DNA of 64,000 nt from the human T2T-CHM13v2.0 reference genome, Homo sapiens. The translations under genes were made by a program, and so were the position numbers. The notes under the pieces were generated by a model that saw nothing but the letters and a program-made list of their open reading frames with translations, was not told the origin of the DNA and did no database searches. The DNA is taken from the NCBI RefSeq assembly GCF_009914755.1, contig NC_060938.1; one strand, written 5' to 3'. Shown in pieces: positions 51,901 through 64,000 of the stretch (the first letter of the stretch is position 1; every line of letters starts with the position of its first letter).

Positions 51901-54821
51901 CCAGGTAGCAGGGGGCAAAAGTGAACCCTCTAATGATTGGGAAAAGAGAAGCAAGTGCTGTGAAAGGCAAAATCCACACACCGGGAAAAAGAAGTGGCCC
52001 AAGCTTAATCATGACAAGGACATCTAGGTGTCACAGGACAGGCAAAGGTATCATTGAGAAGTACTTCTATTTCTCAAACTCAGTATCTTGCTATTTTAAA
52101 AGATTTTTTAAAAAAACAACTGTTGTAGTTTCACAAAACACCTAAAGCCTAATTGCAATTGCCAACTACCTTCTGAAACATCAGTGTAAAATCCACAGGT
52201 ATGAAAGATAATGCTTGAAATATTGTATCCTAAGCAAGACTGTTTCTCAATAAGATAGTCTGCTATTTGACTTTTTTTTTAAGCTTTCTATTAGTAACTA
52301 TAATTGGAAGTCAGAGGTTGGAAATTTTCAATTCAGGAGATCCACTGAGAGTATTTTGAGCAAAATTATGGGGAGGGGGAACTGCATTCATGAGGTGACT
52401 GATCTAGAGTTGCTGAGGCCAACTGCTACCCTGGAAGATGTGGGGTATAAAAGAGAAAGAGGCGTACGTTAGAGCTGCACCATGGTCAAAGTCAGCTCCA
52501 AGGAAGAGAAGTTGGGCTTTGTCTAAGAGCTGCTTTGTCTTGCCCAGAGAGATAGGCAGTAGACCACCCACTTTTCAACAGGCTCTGGCTGCAATAAGGG
52601 GCAAGAGAAGTAGTGGACTGGCGTGCTCAACATCAGTATTCCATTTAATTGGGTAAAGAAGTTGGACCAAACAAAAGCCCCTTGTGTTTTGGATAATGAG
52701 AGAAAAGTCCATTATTTGCCCATATTTATCCATATATTTATGATCAATTTGTAGAACAGTTCAGACATGTTACATCTCCAAATTGTATAAATATTCTACC
52801 CTACTTCTTAAATTGAGAGGATCTTAAGTAAACTATTTAATTACACCCAAGTAAAGTTTGAACATGGAAATTTTGGCAAAGGAAATGTTGAGAGTATTCA
52901 TTATCACACATATTTACTTATGCTATACAAATGCATGGTGTTGTAGGCTAATTCTGAACCTAGATAATAATACCTAACATTTGTCAAGCACTTACTATTG
53001 ATTAATCTCTATGGATTTTCTCTTTTAATCCTCCCCAAAACCGTGGAAGTTTGTTCTACTGGTACCTCCATTTTGCAGAGGAGAAAAATCGGGGCTTGAT
53101 GAGAGTAGAGCCAAAATGTGAACACAGGGCAGCCTGTCTGGGGAGCCTGATTTCTTCTCCCTCTAATACAAGGCCTGCCAGGAGCAAACCTGACTCTTTG
53201 ACAGTTGCAATGCCAGGACTTACATCTATTTTTATTCTTCAGTGGTCTTCTTTCTAACGCAAATAACACTAAAGCTGAAGTACTCACATTGATCCAGTTC
53301 ATCTTTTCCCTAATTAGGTTGGTGTGAACATTTCTCTGCAGATCTTTCACCTTTCTTAACCCTCCCTTCTACTAACAGGGGCATTCAGTTGATGGGTGCT
53401 CTCTGGCAAGCCTGCCAATGATGCTTTGTAGCCATCTGTAAAAGAAACTTTTGCCCTCCGTTTCCACAAGCAAATGACTCAAATTTCAGAGGCAAGAGGT
53501 GAGAAAAATGTAAATGGGATTCCTTGAAATGTCTCCTTTAGGTTCAGAGACCATACCTTGCAGGGGCTAATTGTCAGAAAGTTTAATTGTTACCCTGGAA
53601 CTTGAGCTTCCCTCCTGTGCTGGGGCACACCATGGGTGCTAATAGTGAGGAAATTTGTGGCTCTGCCGTGTTCTCTTCATTAAGCTAATGGAACATTTTC
53701 CTCTCATTTTCGCCCTAGGGTGGCTGTAGGAGTACAACCTTATAATTGTTACTCTTACAGTAATTGGAGGTAGTAGGAGTATATATAATCTTACTGTCTT
53801 TTCTATGTGATGGTAGTTTATTTATGACCTATTGATAATCTCCAGCCAGCAGCAGAAAACTCAGTGAGTATTACATTAGCATTCCCTCCTAGGAGAGTGA
53901 CTACTAAACAAAGACTATTATTAACCAAAAGAACATATATGAGGGATGGCCCATCATCCCAAATATAAACTTCATTACTGCAAAGATTGACCCCTCTGGG
54001 AATCATGGGCGTTCATTTTTTCTGCTAGAATACATAAAGCCTTAATCTTGACCTTTCTTTAGATATATGACTAGGCTTCATGAATCATTTTGGGAGGCTC
54101 TCAAAGTCCACTGCACATTCTTCAATGTGGTAGCGTGTTCTGTTTTGCCATTAAAGTCCTTGGAGTATAATAGGCCAGGAGAAAAGCATCAAAATTCACC
54201 ATTCAACCCCCTGAATCAGAGCCACTGGGCCATGCTGAGTATAATTTTGGGCCAGCAGGACCCCCCCCAAAAGAAGGACACTGCGATGCCCTTGGAACCT
54301 GTTAACCTAAAGACAAATGGGGAGATGTGCTAAGGTACAAACACCTGTACTGCCAAATCTTGACCTCCTGCAGTGTACCTTGATGAATTAACTCTTTTAT
54401 TGCCATCTATAAGATGGAACATTCTTTAGGACATTGAGTATCCTCTGAAAATTCTCCACAATCCATGTGGTACATTTGGTCTTCCTTACAGAGTAGCTGA
54501 AAAGAATGTGCGTGTTGGCAATTTTGCCGCTTAAAATAGTTCCATCCAAGGACTGCCCTTTATTTTTGGATAAACAATCTCTTTCAAGTACAAAGAGCTC
54601 ATAAGTATAAAAAATTAGGTTGGTATTCATGGGAATATAATATTATATATTCTGCTCTACCAGGATATCAAACATCCAAAAATGTAAGGCTAGACAGGAT
54701 GCATGGTCAAATATCTGAATTGATAAAACTTAGAAACTTAAAATCAGCATTAATCTAGTATCTAATATGTGGCAAGCACAGTGCTAAGAAAATTCACAGA
54801 CATTATTTCATTTTCTACTCT

Positions 54822-55225
54822 GGTGGTAGGCAGAATAATGGTCCCCCAAAGATGTTCATATCCTAGTCACCAAAAACTGTCAATATGTTACCTTACATGG
54901 CCGATGTTATTAAGGATTTGATATGAAAGATTATCCTCGATTACCTGGTTGGGCCAGTGTAATCACAAGAGTCATTCTGAAAGGAAGGCACAAGGGTCAG
55001 AGTCAGAAAAGAAGATATAACTGTGAGAGACATCAGTGATATGGCCATGAGCCAAGGAATGTAGGCAGCCTCTAGAAACTGGAAAGGGCAAGGAAATGGC
55101 TTCTGCCTCTAGAGCCGCCAGAAATAATGCAGCTCTGCCAACCCATTTTGGACATCTGACCTCCAGAACTGTGAATAATAATTTTGTGTTGTTTTAAGCT
55201 ACATTTGTGTTCATTTGTATTGCAA
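54822..55225 (+). mobile_element. MaLR LTR (MLT1D-like)
   Basis: ggtaggcagaataatggtcccccaaagatg...ctccagaactgtgaataataattttgtgttgttttaagc. Confidence 0.85.
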
Positions 55226-55310
55226 ATTACACAAAGTGTACAAATGCAAATTGTACAAATGCAGTACAAATTACCACAAACATGGCCACCCAATTGACTA
55301 AGTAGGATAC

Positions 55311-55647
55311 TGTCTTAATCCACTTGGGTGGCTGTAACAAACTACTGTACACTGAGTGGCTTACAAACAGTACAAATTTATTTCTCACAGTTCTGGAGGC
55401 TGGGAAGTCCAAGATCAAGATGCCAGCAGATTTGGCATCTGGTGAGGGCTGGCTGCCTGGTCCATAGGCAGACATCTTTTCATGTAACATCATGTGGCAG
55501 AAGGGAACAGGAACTCTCTGGGAGTCCCTTTTATAAGGGCACTAATTCCACTCATGCAAAGGTCCCAACTCCCAACACCATCACACTGGAGGTTAGGATT
55601 TCAATGTACAGACTTTGTGGAGAGAGATAAACATTCAGTCTATAGCA
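55311..55647 (-). mobile_element. MaLR LTR (MLT1A-like)
   Basis: tgtcttaatccacttggg...ctcacagttctggaggctgggaagtccaagatcaag...aacattcagtctatagca. Confidence 0.85.
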
Positions 55648-56399
55648 GACACTAATGCAGCTCCCAACAATTTTATAAAACAAAACTATCATCTCAATTT
55701 TAAAGACAGAGAAACTGATATTTCAAGGGTTTCAAGTGGCTTGATTCAGCCTTCAAGAGAGAATTTAGGTACACTCAAAAATAGCCACACCTTATGCATT
55801 GTGAGAGGAATCAGTCCTTGAAGCAAATGAGTTTTCCCCAGGTCCTGAAAAAGCTGCAGGATGCATAAACTAGCTAACTCACTGACAGGACATTCATTCT
55901 TTTGTCTTCAGTCATCAGACTAGATGACTTTTTAATGAACGTAGCTGAGTTTTTATTTTTGAAAAATCTGTCAAGTTGGTGAACATTAATTCATCATTTC
56001 TGAAATCTGAGCTTGCTGTATTGCTTCTTCTTTTCTCTCATCATTTTAGTTTGGGCTTTCAAACAATTTATACCTGAGTGAAATAAACAATCTGTGAGGA
56101 AAACGGGCTTACTCTGTTTCCTGGTATGCAAAATAGCAACTTTAATCAGGTAGGGGCCTAGGAAAAGATGTCATATTCTAGTCTCATCTTTGCAGCCTAT
56201 GTAAATTGCGAGTGTATTTTTGGAGGATTAATGGTCATTTTCCATGCACCTGGCATCTTGCAGCTCCCTGAGTTCTGCAGCAGGTCTTTAATAAAGATCT
56301 GAGCCACAGGGTTTTAGAAGGGTTGCTTTAACTTTGAGCCCATTTGGTTCTATAATAGATTTGTGTTCATGGCCCATCACCCCTAGCTTTAGGGAATAT

Positions 56400-56890
56400 C
56401 CCTGCCCTTTCTATGTGGTACAAGTGAAGACAAGCTAAATATCCCCATGTGACCTAAGCCTAGCCAATCAAAGTGCTCTACCTTCTGACCATAATGATTG
56501 GTTCAGGGATCAGGGATGGGTATGTAGCCTAAGATGATCCAGAGTTCTTTTTTGGACTTTATTACCAAAGAAGAAAGATATTTTCTCTTCCTCCTTGGCA
56601 ATCTATAATAATAGATTGTAGCCACTGTAGGCATGTGACTCATACATCTTGCAACCATTTTTCCAGAATCTTAGGGGGCAGCATCTGCTGTAAGAGAATG
56701 CAGCCAACACCCTCAAACTGAGAGTTGAGAGTTAGAGAGGAAAGAAAACAAAAGCAAAAAAGTCCTAATTTATCCAGCCATGCCTTGTGCAGCTAGTCCT
56801 GCTCCTGGACTCTTCAGGTACATAGGGCAATACACCACCCTTTTCAAACTTAAGTTAGTTTGGTATGGATTTGTGATTAAAAGAGAATAG
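56400..56890 (+). mobile_element. Old MaLR LTR (MLT1J/K-like)
   Basis: ccaatca...tgattggttcagggat...ttaagttagtttgg. Confidence 0.55.
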
Positions 56891-56892
56891 GT

Positions 56893-57213
56893 TTTTTTGT
56901 TTGTTTGTTTGTTTATTTGTTTTTAAATTTGAGACAGAGTTTCACTCTTGTCGCCTAGGCTGGAGTGCAATGGTGCAATCTCAGCTTATTGCAACCTCCG
57001 CCTCCCGGTTCAAGCGATTCCCCTGCCTCAGCCTCCCAGGTAGTTGGGATTACAAGCATGCATCACCATGCCTGGCTAATTTTTTGTATTTTTAGTAGAG
57101 ACGGGGTTTCACCATGTTGGCCAGGCTTGTCTCAAACTCCTGACCTCAAGTGATCCGCCCGCCTCGGCCTCCCAAATTGCTGGGATTACAGGCATGAGCC
57201 ACTGCACGTGGCT
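56893..57213 (-). mobile_element. Alu (AluSq/Sp-like)
   Basis: gagtttcactcttgtcgcc diagnostic; reverse-complement dimer. Confidence 0.92.
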
Positions 57214-57254
57214 AAAAATAGAATAATTTTTAATTTAACTTTTCAAAAAGATGA

Positions 57255-57660
<406 letters not shown>

Positions 57661-57879
57661 TAACCTTTTAGATTTTATTCATGCATATACAAGCAAATGG
57701 ACAAATATGTCTCTATTTTCCTCTATTTTAACACAAAAAGTAGCACACTAGACATTGTTCCTCACCTTGATTTTTTTCACCTAAGAATATATATTGGCAG
57801 TCCTTTCCTAACAATGGATAGAGAGCTTCTTCACTCCTATATACAGCTGTACAGCATTGCAAGATCAATTCTGATCAGA

Positions 57880-58372
<493 letters not shown>

Positions 58373-58459
58373 TCAATCTTTGGGGCTACATTTGCCATGA
58401 CAATTGTGAATGGCCCTATATAATCTTGAAAAATGAATCCAGGGCAAATAGAAGACTAT

Positions 58460-58885
58460 GGCACAGGTTGCAAACTGGAGACCTACAACTCAGCCTGCTT
58501 CACAAATACATTTTCTTTGGCCTGCACAGTATTTTTTTAAAAAAAGTTTAGCTACTTTTTAATGTTTAAAATGTTTTAATTGGGCTATTTCATATTAACA
58601 TTTTAATATTTTGTTTTAATATCTTATTTTAAATTTTCATATTAAAAACACAGATTTCTGGTTTCCCTTGACAACTTGGATTGTTCATTTCCACAAAGCA
58701 GCAAGAGGTTGAAGTTCAATAGCGAGGACCCTCTTTAAATAGGGTATGCCCTTTTCAGTTCTCCACAGTTCCTGCTGCTTTCTGTGGTCCCTCAACTCTA
58801 AGGTCAAGGGCCTTCTGCCATATATTATGTCTCTTGCTCTATTGCTTCTCTTTATTTACACCCAGGTAGCTTCTATGGACATTTG
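58460..58885. mobile_element. MER102-like hAT-Charlie fossil
   Basis: caggttgcaaactgg...tttggcctgcacagtattt ... catttgactgtgtgac. Confidence 0.55.
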
Positions 58886-60534
58886 ACTGTGTGACATCAA
58901 GTTTATTATATTTGAATCCTGGGGGACTTTAACACCCCTTCAAAGGAGAGTTATTTTCACAAGACTATCTTGAAAATGCTCAGGGGGAAAAAAAAGTTTT
59001 TCTCTTTTTCATCTTAATTAGTTTTTTGGGTCGAATAGTAAAAGAAAAGAAGAAAAAAATTACTACAGCATGTAGAAATCTCAATACATAAAGTACCTAA
59101 GGAAGATTTTTCTTACTCATTCTAACAATTATTACACTATGTTTTTTCCATCTTTGATTTGACCTCAATCATGGGAAAATCAGCATCTTGAATTACTCAG
59201 TCTTTCCTAAGGCCAATTCTAAATTTCAGGTTAAAACTGAGTCCTGACAGTGATTCAATTTCATGACTCGAGGGAACATCTTTATATTCCCCATTGTTCC
59301 TAGCACAGTCCAGTCCATGGTAGGCCCTCTATAAAGACATATTGGATCACTATCTAAAGATGACAGGTTGAACATGTGCATGTCTTCTGTCAGCCTTAAC
59401 AAAACACACAAAAATAACAGGAAAGGGTGTTTTTCTTTAAAAAAAAAAAAAAAAAAAAAAAAACACAAGAGGCACCCTCACGCAGTGGCTCATGCCAGTA
59501 ATCCCAGCACTTTGCGAGGCCGAGGCAGGCGAGTCACCCAAGGTCAGGAGACCCTCAGGTCAGGACAAATAGAAAACATAAGAGTATTTATTTAAAAACC
59601 AGAGGAGAAATACAGGAGATTCAACATCTGAATAATGGGATAACAGGGAAAATGGAAAGGGGAAAGGTAGAAATCACCAACAGAAAACGGTCATGAGAAT
59701 TTTCCAAAGTTGATTAAGAACATGACTTTCTGCACTCAACGGGCCTGGTATGTGTCCAGTCCAATAAATAAAAACAGACTTATACGTGGCTCATAATTTT
59801 GAATTTCAGAACTCAGAGAACAATGAGAAGATCCACAAAGTTTCTAAAGGGAGAAAACGTTAGACATCAACAATCAAGATTCAGCATTGGATCAGACTTC
59901 TTAAGAGAGCACAGAAAACTAGAAGAAAGTTGAATAATGCTACAAAATTCTGAGGGAAAATAATTTATATTCTAGAATTCTAGGCCCAATCAAAATATCA
60001 CTTAAATGAGACATTTAGAGATTCAAGTTCTCCAAAATTTTCTTCCCTATGTATTCTTTTCAATGAAACTTCTAAAGGAGGTCCTCCATTAAAAAAAAAA
60101 GAGAGAGAGAGAGAAAGCCAGTTAAAAAAAAAAACTTAGAATTCAATAGACCAATAGAGTGGGGATGGAGCCTACACATTTGAGAGGCAAAGGTAATCCC
60201 CAGCACAACAGTAATTACAGGTGCCAGTCCAGGTTGTATCAGAATCACAGTTCCAGCCTATGCTAGATCAGGCAAATCCATCACATTAACCATTAGCTTA
60301 ATACAAAACATGGACTTCTTCAAACCCAATTTACAATATGATCACTAATATCCAGAAGGGTGGAAAGCTTTGGGAGTGGGTGTGGCGGGGAGGCATTTTT
60401 CACAAATCATGTATGCTTTTTGGAGACAGAATTAGTTCTTGTGTCATATTTTCCTATCCTCCATCTCCAATTTCCCCCCAAACCTATCAAGATCTATGTA
60501 ACAGAAATGAAATATTAAATACCTTTTCTTTTTT

Positions 60535-61830
60535 AAACAAATTTTTAAATTTTAGAATCGTTTTTGACTCAGAAAAGTTGCAATAACAGTACAGAGTTCT
60601 CTTATTATACCCCTCACCCAGTTTCTCCTGGCTCATTTGTCACAACTAGGGAGCCAACACCAGTACATTACTATTAACGAAATTCCACAGTTTCTTCAGT
60701 TTCACTAATTTTTTTTTCTATTCCAGGGTCATATTTCCAGGATATCACATTATATATAGTCATCATGTCTTTTTAACCTCCTCTGTCTATGACAATTTCT
60801 CACATTCTCCTGGTTAGATGTTTTGTAGAATGTCTTTCAATTTGGGTTTGTCTATTTTTTTTTTAATCATGGTTAGTGTGTTATTCCATTCTCACACTGC
60901 TATAATGAAATACCCGAGATTGGGTGATTTATAAGAAAAGAGGTTTAATTGGCTCAGAGTTCCCCAGGCTGTACAGGAAGTGTGGCTGGGGAGGCCACAG
61001 GAAACTTAACGATCATGGCGGAAGGTGAAGGGGAAGCAGGCACGTCTTACGTGGCTGGGGCAGGAGGAAGAGAGAAGCAGGGAGGTGCCACACACTTTTG
61101 AACAACCAGATCTCATGAGAACTCTATCATGAGACAGCATGAGGGGGATGGTGCTAAACCATTAGAAATCACCCCAATGATCCAATCACCTCCCACCAGG
61201 CCCTACCTCCAGCACTGGAGATTACAATTCAGCATGAGATTTGGGTGGGGACACAGAGCCAAACCATGTCAGTTAGACTGGGGTTATGAGTATTTGGGAG
61301 GAAGACAATGAAGGTAAAGTGCCATTCTCATCATATCAAGAGAACATGCTATCAATATGACTTTTCACTGATGATGTGTTGGAGCCAGATGATACATTTC
61401 TCCGCTGTAGTTACTTATTTCCACTTTCCACATTCTGCTTTTCACAAGTAAGTCACCAAGCACAGCTCAAACTCAAGGGTTGGAGTGTTAAACTCTACCT
61501 ACTTGAGGGGTGGTGTTGAGCTTCTCCTATTTGTTTGTTTATTCAAGCTTTGACTCATGAATATTTATTTTATACTTTGGGTTATAATTTAATACTACCT
61601 TATTTATTTTGTTGCCCAAGTTATTCCAGGTTTGTCCACTGGCAGCTTTAGTTTGGCTACTGTGTTCCTCTGACATGCCTCATTTTTTTTGTCTGTTTTT
61701 GTGCTTTGAGCACTTTCTTACCCTCTGGTTTTACAAGATGCTCTAGGTTCATGGTGTATATTCCCTGCATCAGCTCTATGATCAGTCATTTTTCTATGGA
61801 GCCTGGCTCCTTTAACTGGAGTCTATCATG
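60535..61830 (-). mobile_element. Old L1 (L1MC/MD-like) 3' region interrupted by an MST LTR
   Basis: ttttagaatcgtttttgactcagaaaagttgcaataacagtacagagttc...ccctcacccagtttctcc. Confidence 0.65.
60877..61271 (-). mobile_element. MaLR solo LTR (MSTA-like)
   Basis: TG...CA termini; perfect 5-bp TSD GTTAG (60872-60876 / 61272-61276); MST/THE1-type text. Confidence 0.92.
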
Positions 61831-62227
61831 TGCCTCTTCTTTATTGCTGTTATTTTTTTACGGCTTGACTCTTTCTGTAAAGTTAAGAGCTATTTGGAAG
61901 ATCGGGGAAGGAGAAATATATTGATTTCTTTCTTCATGATTAATGTATAATTTATTTTAACATCTTAATCTAGCTTCCTACAAGACAGAGACAATATTAA
62001 TTGTCACTTATCCTAGGTAAACATTACTAGAAGTTGAAATTTTCATTCTTAACCTTATTCCCTTAGAAATATTATTTAACTGGCAACTTAACAATCCATC
62101 CGAAGAATGCTAATCAGGTATTCTAAGAATTAGATTCTGTGTTGCTAAGTATCTTAAAGGCAAGGGCCACATAAACTTATAGGATAATTAATATTCTTAG
62201 ACTTCACATTTTTATTAAGAATATCTA

Positions 62228-62443
<216 letters not shown>

Positions 62444-64000
62444 CTAACATACTTTACAAATTCGATACTCTGAGTCATTCAGTCGGTACACAGGTATTGT
62501 CATTTATTTTTTAACTTAAGGAAAAAAAAGATATCTTCATTCTACACATAAAATGAATGACCAAAACTAGGCCTAAACAATTACTTCATAAGGAGCAGTT
62601 AAGTTAAATTAATCTGAAATCTATGCTATGTAAATGCAAATTCAAAGTTAATTATATTTTTTCCCAAAAAGCTACATTTGCATTTACAGATACAGGGCTC
62701 AACTCAACTGTCTGTGTCAAATGACATAATCTGGTTATTAGACTTATGATGGGATTTAAACATTTTAGTGAGAGGAGAAAAATAAAATATTCTTTTGTTT
62801 AAATTAAGTTTGGAATTCAAAGGATTTGTTCATTTGGTTCTCCAAGTTTTAACTTTCAACATGAGAGAGTCTTGAAAGTAGTATCTTTGCTTCAAAGGCT
62901 TTTGCTTTCAAATTTAACTTTTACTTTGAAACTAACTGAAAGGGAACTAAGTGTATCAGAACCATACCTAATCCCCTAGAAGTCAGCATTGCATCGAGTT
63001 TATTAAAATTAAACACTCCTCTTTTTTCCTCTCCTTCCCAAATAGACATCTGGCAATAAAAAGCAAATCAGCTGGGCTAGGATAAAACAAGAAATGTTTT
63101 TCCTTCGCTAGTTCATTTGGAAAAGTCACTTTGCTAATTGAGAAAAATTTTAATGAATTTTACTTGTATTAAAATAAAGGTGATTGCTTCATGGCAACAA
63201 TGTACTCATTTGAGAAAGTCATTACATTTATGTATTGTGTTGTCATGTAAATACTTTTGCCAAAATGTATTAACAAGAAATATAATATTATGGTTCATGG
63301 TTCATGTAATATCTGAAGAGAATAATTGTATAACTAATCAGTGAAAACAAAGCAAATGTTCCTCTTGGGTTTGTACAATAAAAATGGAATTAAAATTATT
63401 CAGGCTCAAAAATGCAAATATAACACATCTCCACCAGCAGAAAAATAAAATTTTAAAGGCAAAACTTGTATGTTCAATTCCTCTAAAAGTCTTAGTTTGA
63501 TTCCCAAGCCTCATCAAAGTTCACTTCATGAATTTTTACAAAGTAATCAAATATTTCATTGTTTTAAAAACAATAAAATTATTATTCATTTTCCTGAACA
63601 AGCTCACTGATATTCAGAACACATTCTGGGGAAATTTAATGCTAATCAGTGCAGTGGCAGCAACCAAAATGGCACTTTAATGTATTAAACAGTAGCATAA
63701 GATTAAATTCACAGTAAACTTAACAGGAAATAGCCAATATCAATTTAAACACATGAAATCTTGGGAAACGGTAAAGATTAGAAATGACCTGAAGTAATAA
63801 CCAAATTCTCTTGCAAAGTATAGGCCTTATATTAGACAACAGCACCCCCTACCGGAAGCTTGAGTCCGGGGAAGGGAATCTGTGAGGCTGGCAGGTGGAG
63901 CCACCATGGAATTCAAGTGCATCATCAGTCCTAGAATCATTTCTTTTCTATTGCATAACCACAAACTTCAGGTTCATCACCTAGAACTTTCATTATTCCC

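Overview
Human (primate) genomic DNA containing the head-to-head EXOC5/AP5M1 gene pair, which I recall lies at 14q22.3. EXOC5 (exocyst Sec10) is on the minus strand. Only its first coding exon (MATTAELFE, 15069-15095) and about 15 kb of intron 1 lie in the window. AP5M1 (mu-5 subunit of adaptor complex AP-5, MUDENG) is complete on the plus strand. Its 8 coding exons (15762-35332) splice with GT-AG boundaries and consistent phases into 1473 nt, or 490 aa plus stop, followed by a 3' UTR that may be up to about 10 kb long. Both genes start from one CpG island with ETS motifs. The rest is intronic or intergenic DNA rich in Alu, L1, L2, MIR, MaLR LTR, ERV-L and hAT DNA-transposon fossils. Nearly all other entries in the ORF track are repeat- or chance-derived. 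I see no new protein-coding system. The most interesting structure is regulatory: a chain of three uORFs joined by overlapping stop-start codons just before the AP5M1 start, four uORFs in the EXOC5 leader, a duplication with an internal micro-inversion near the promoter, a readable ERV-L fossil (RNase H, integrase, dUTPase, LTR), a closely spaced inverted AluY pair, and candidate CTCF and homeodomain elements. Repeat boundaries and subfamily names were assigned by eye and are approximate.
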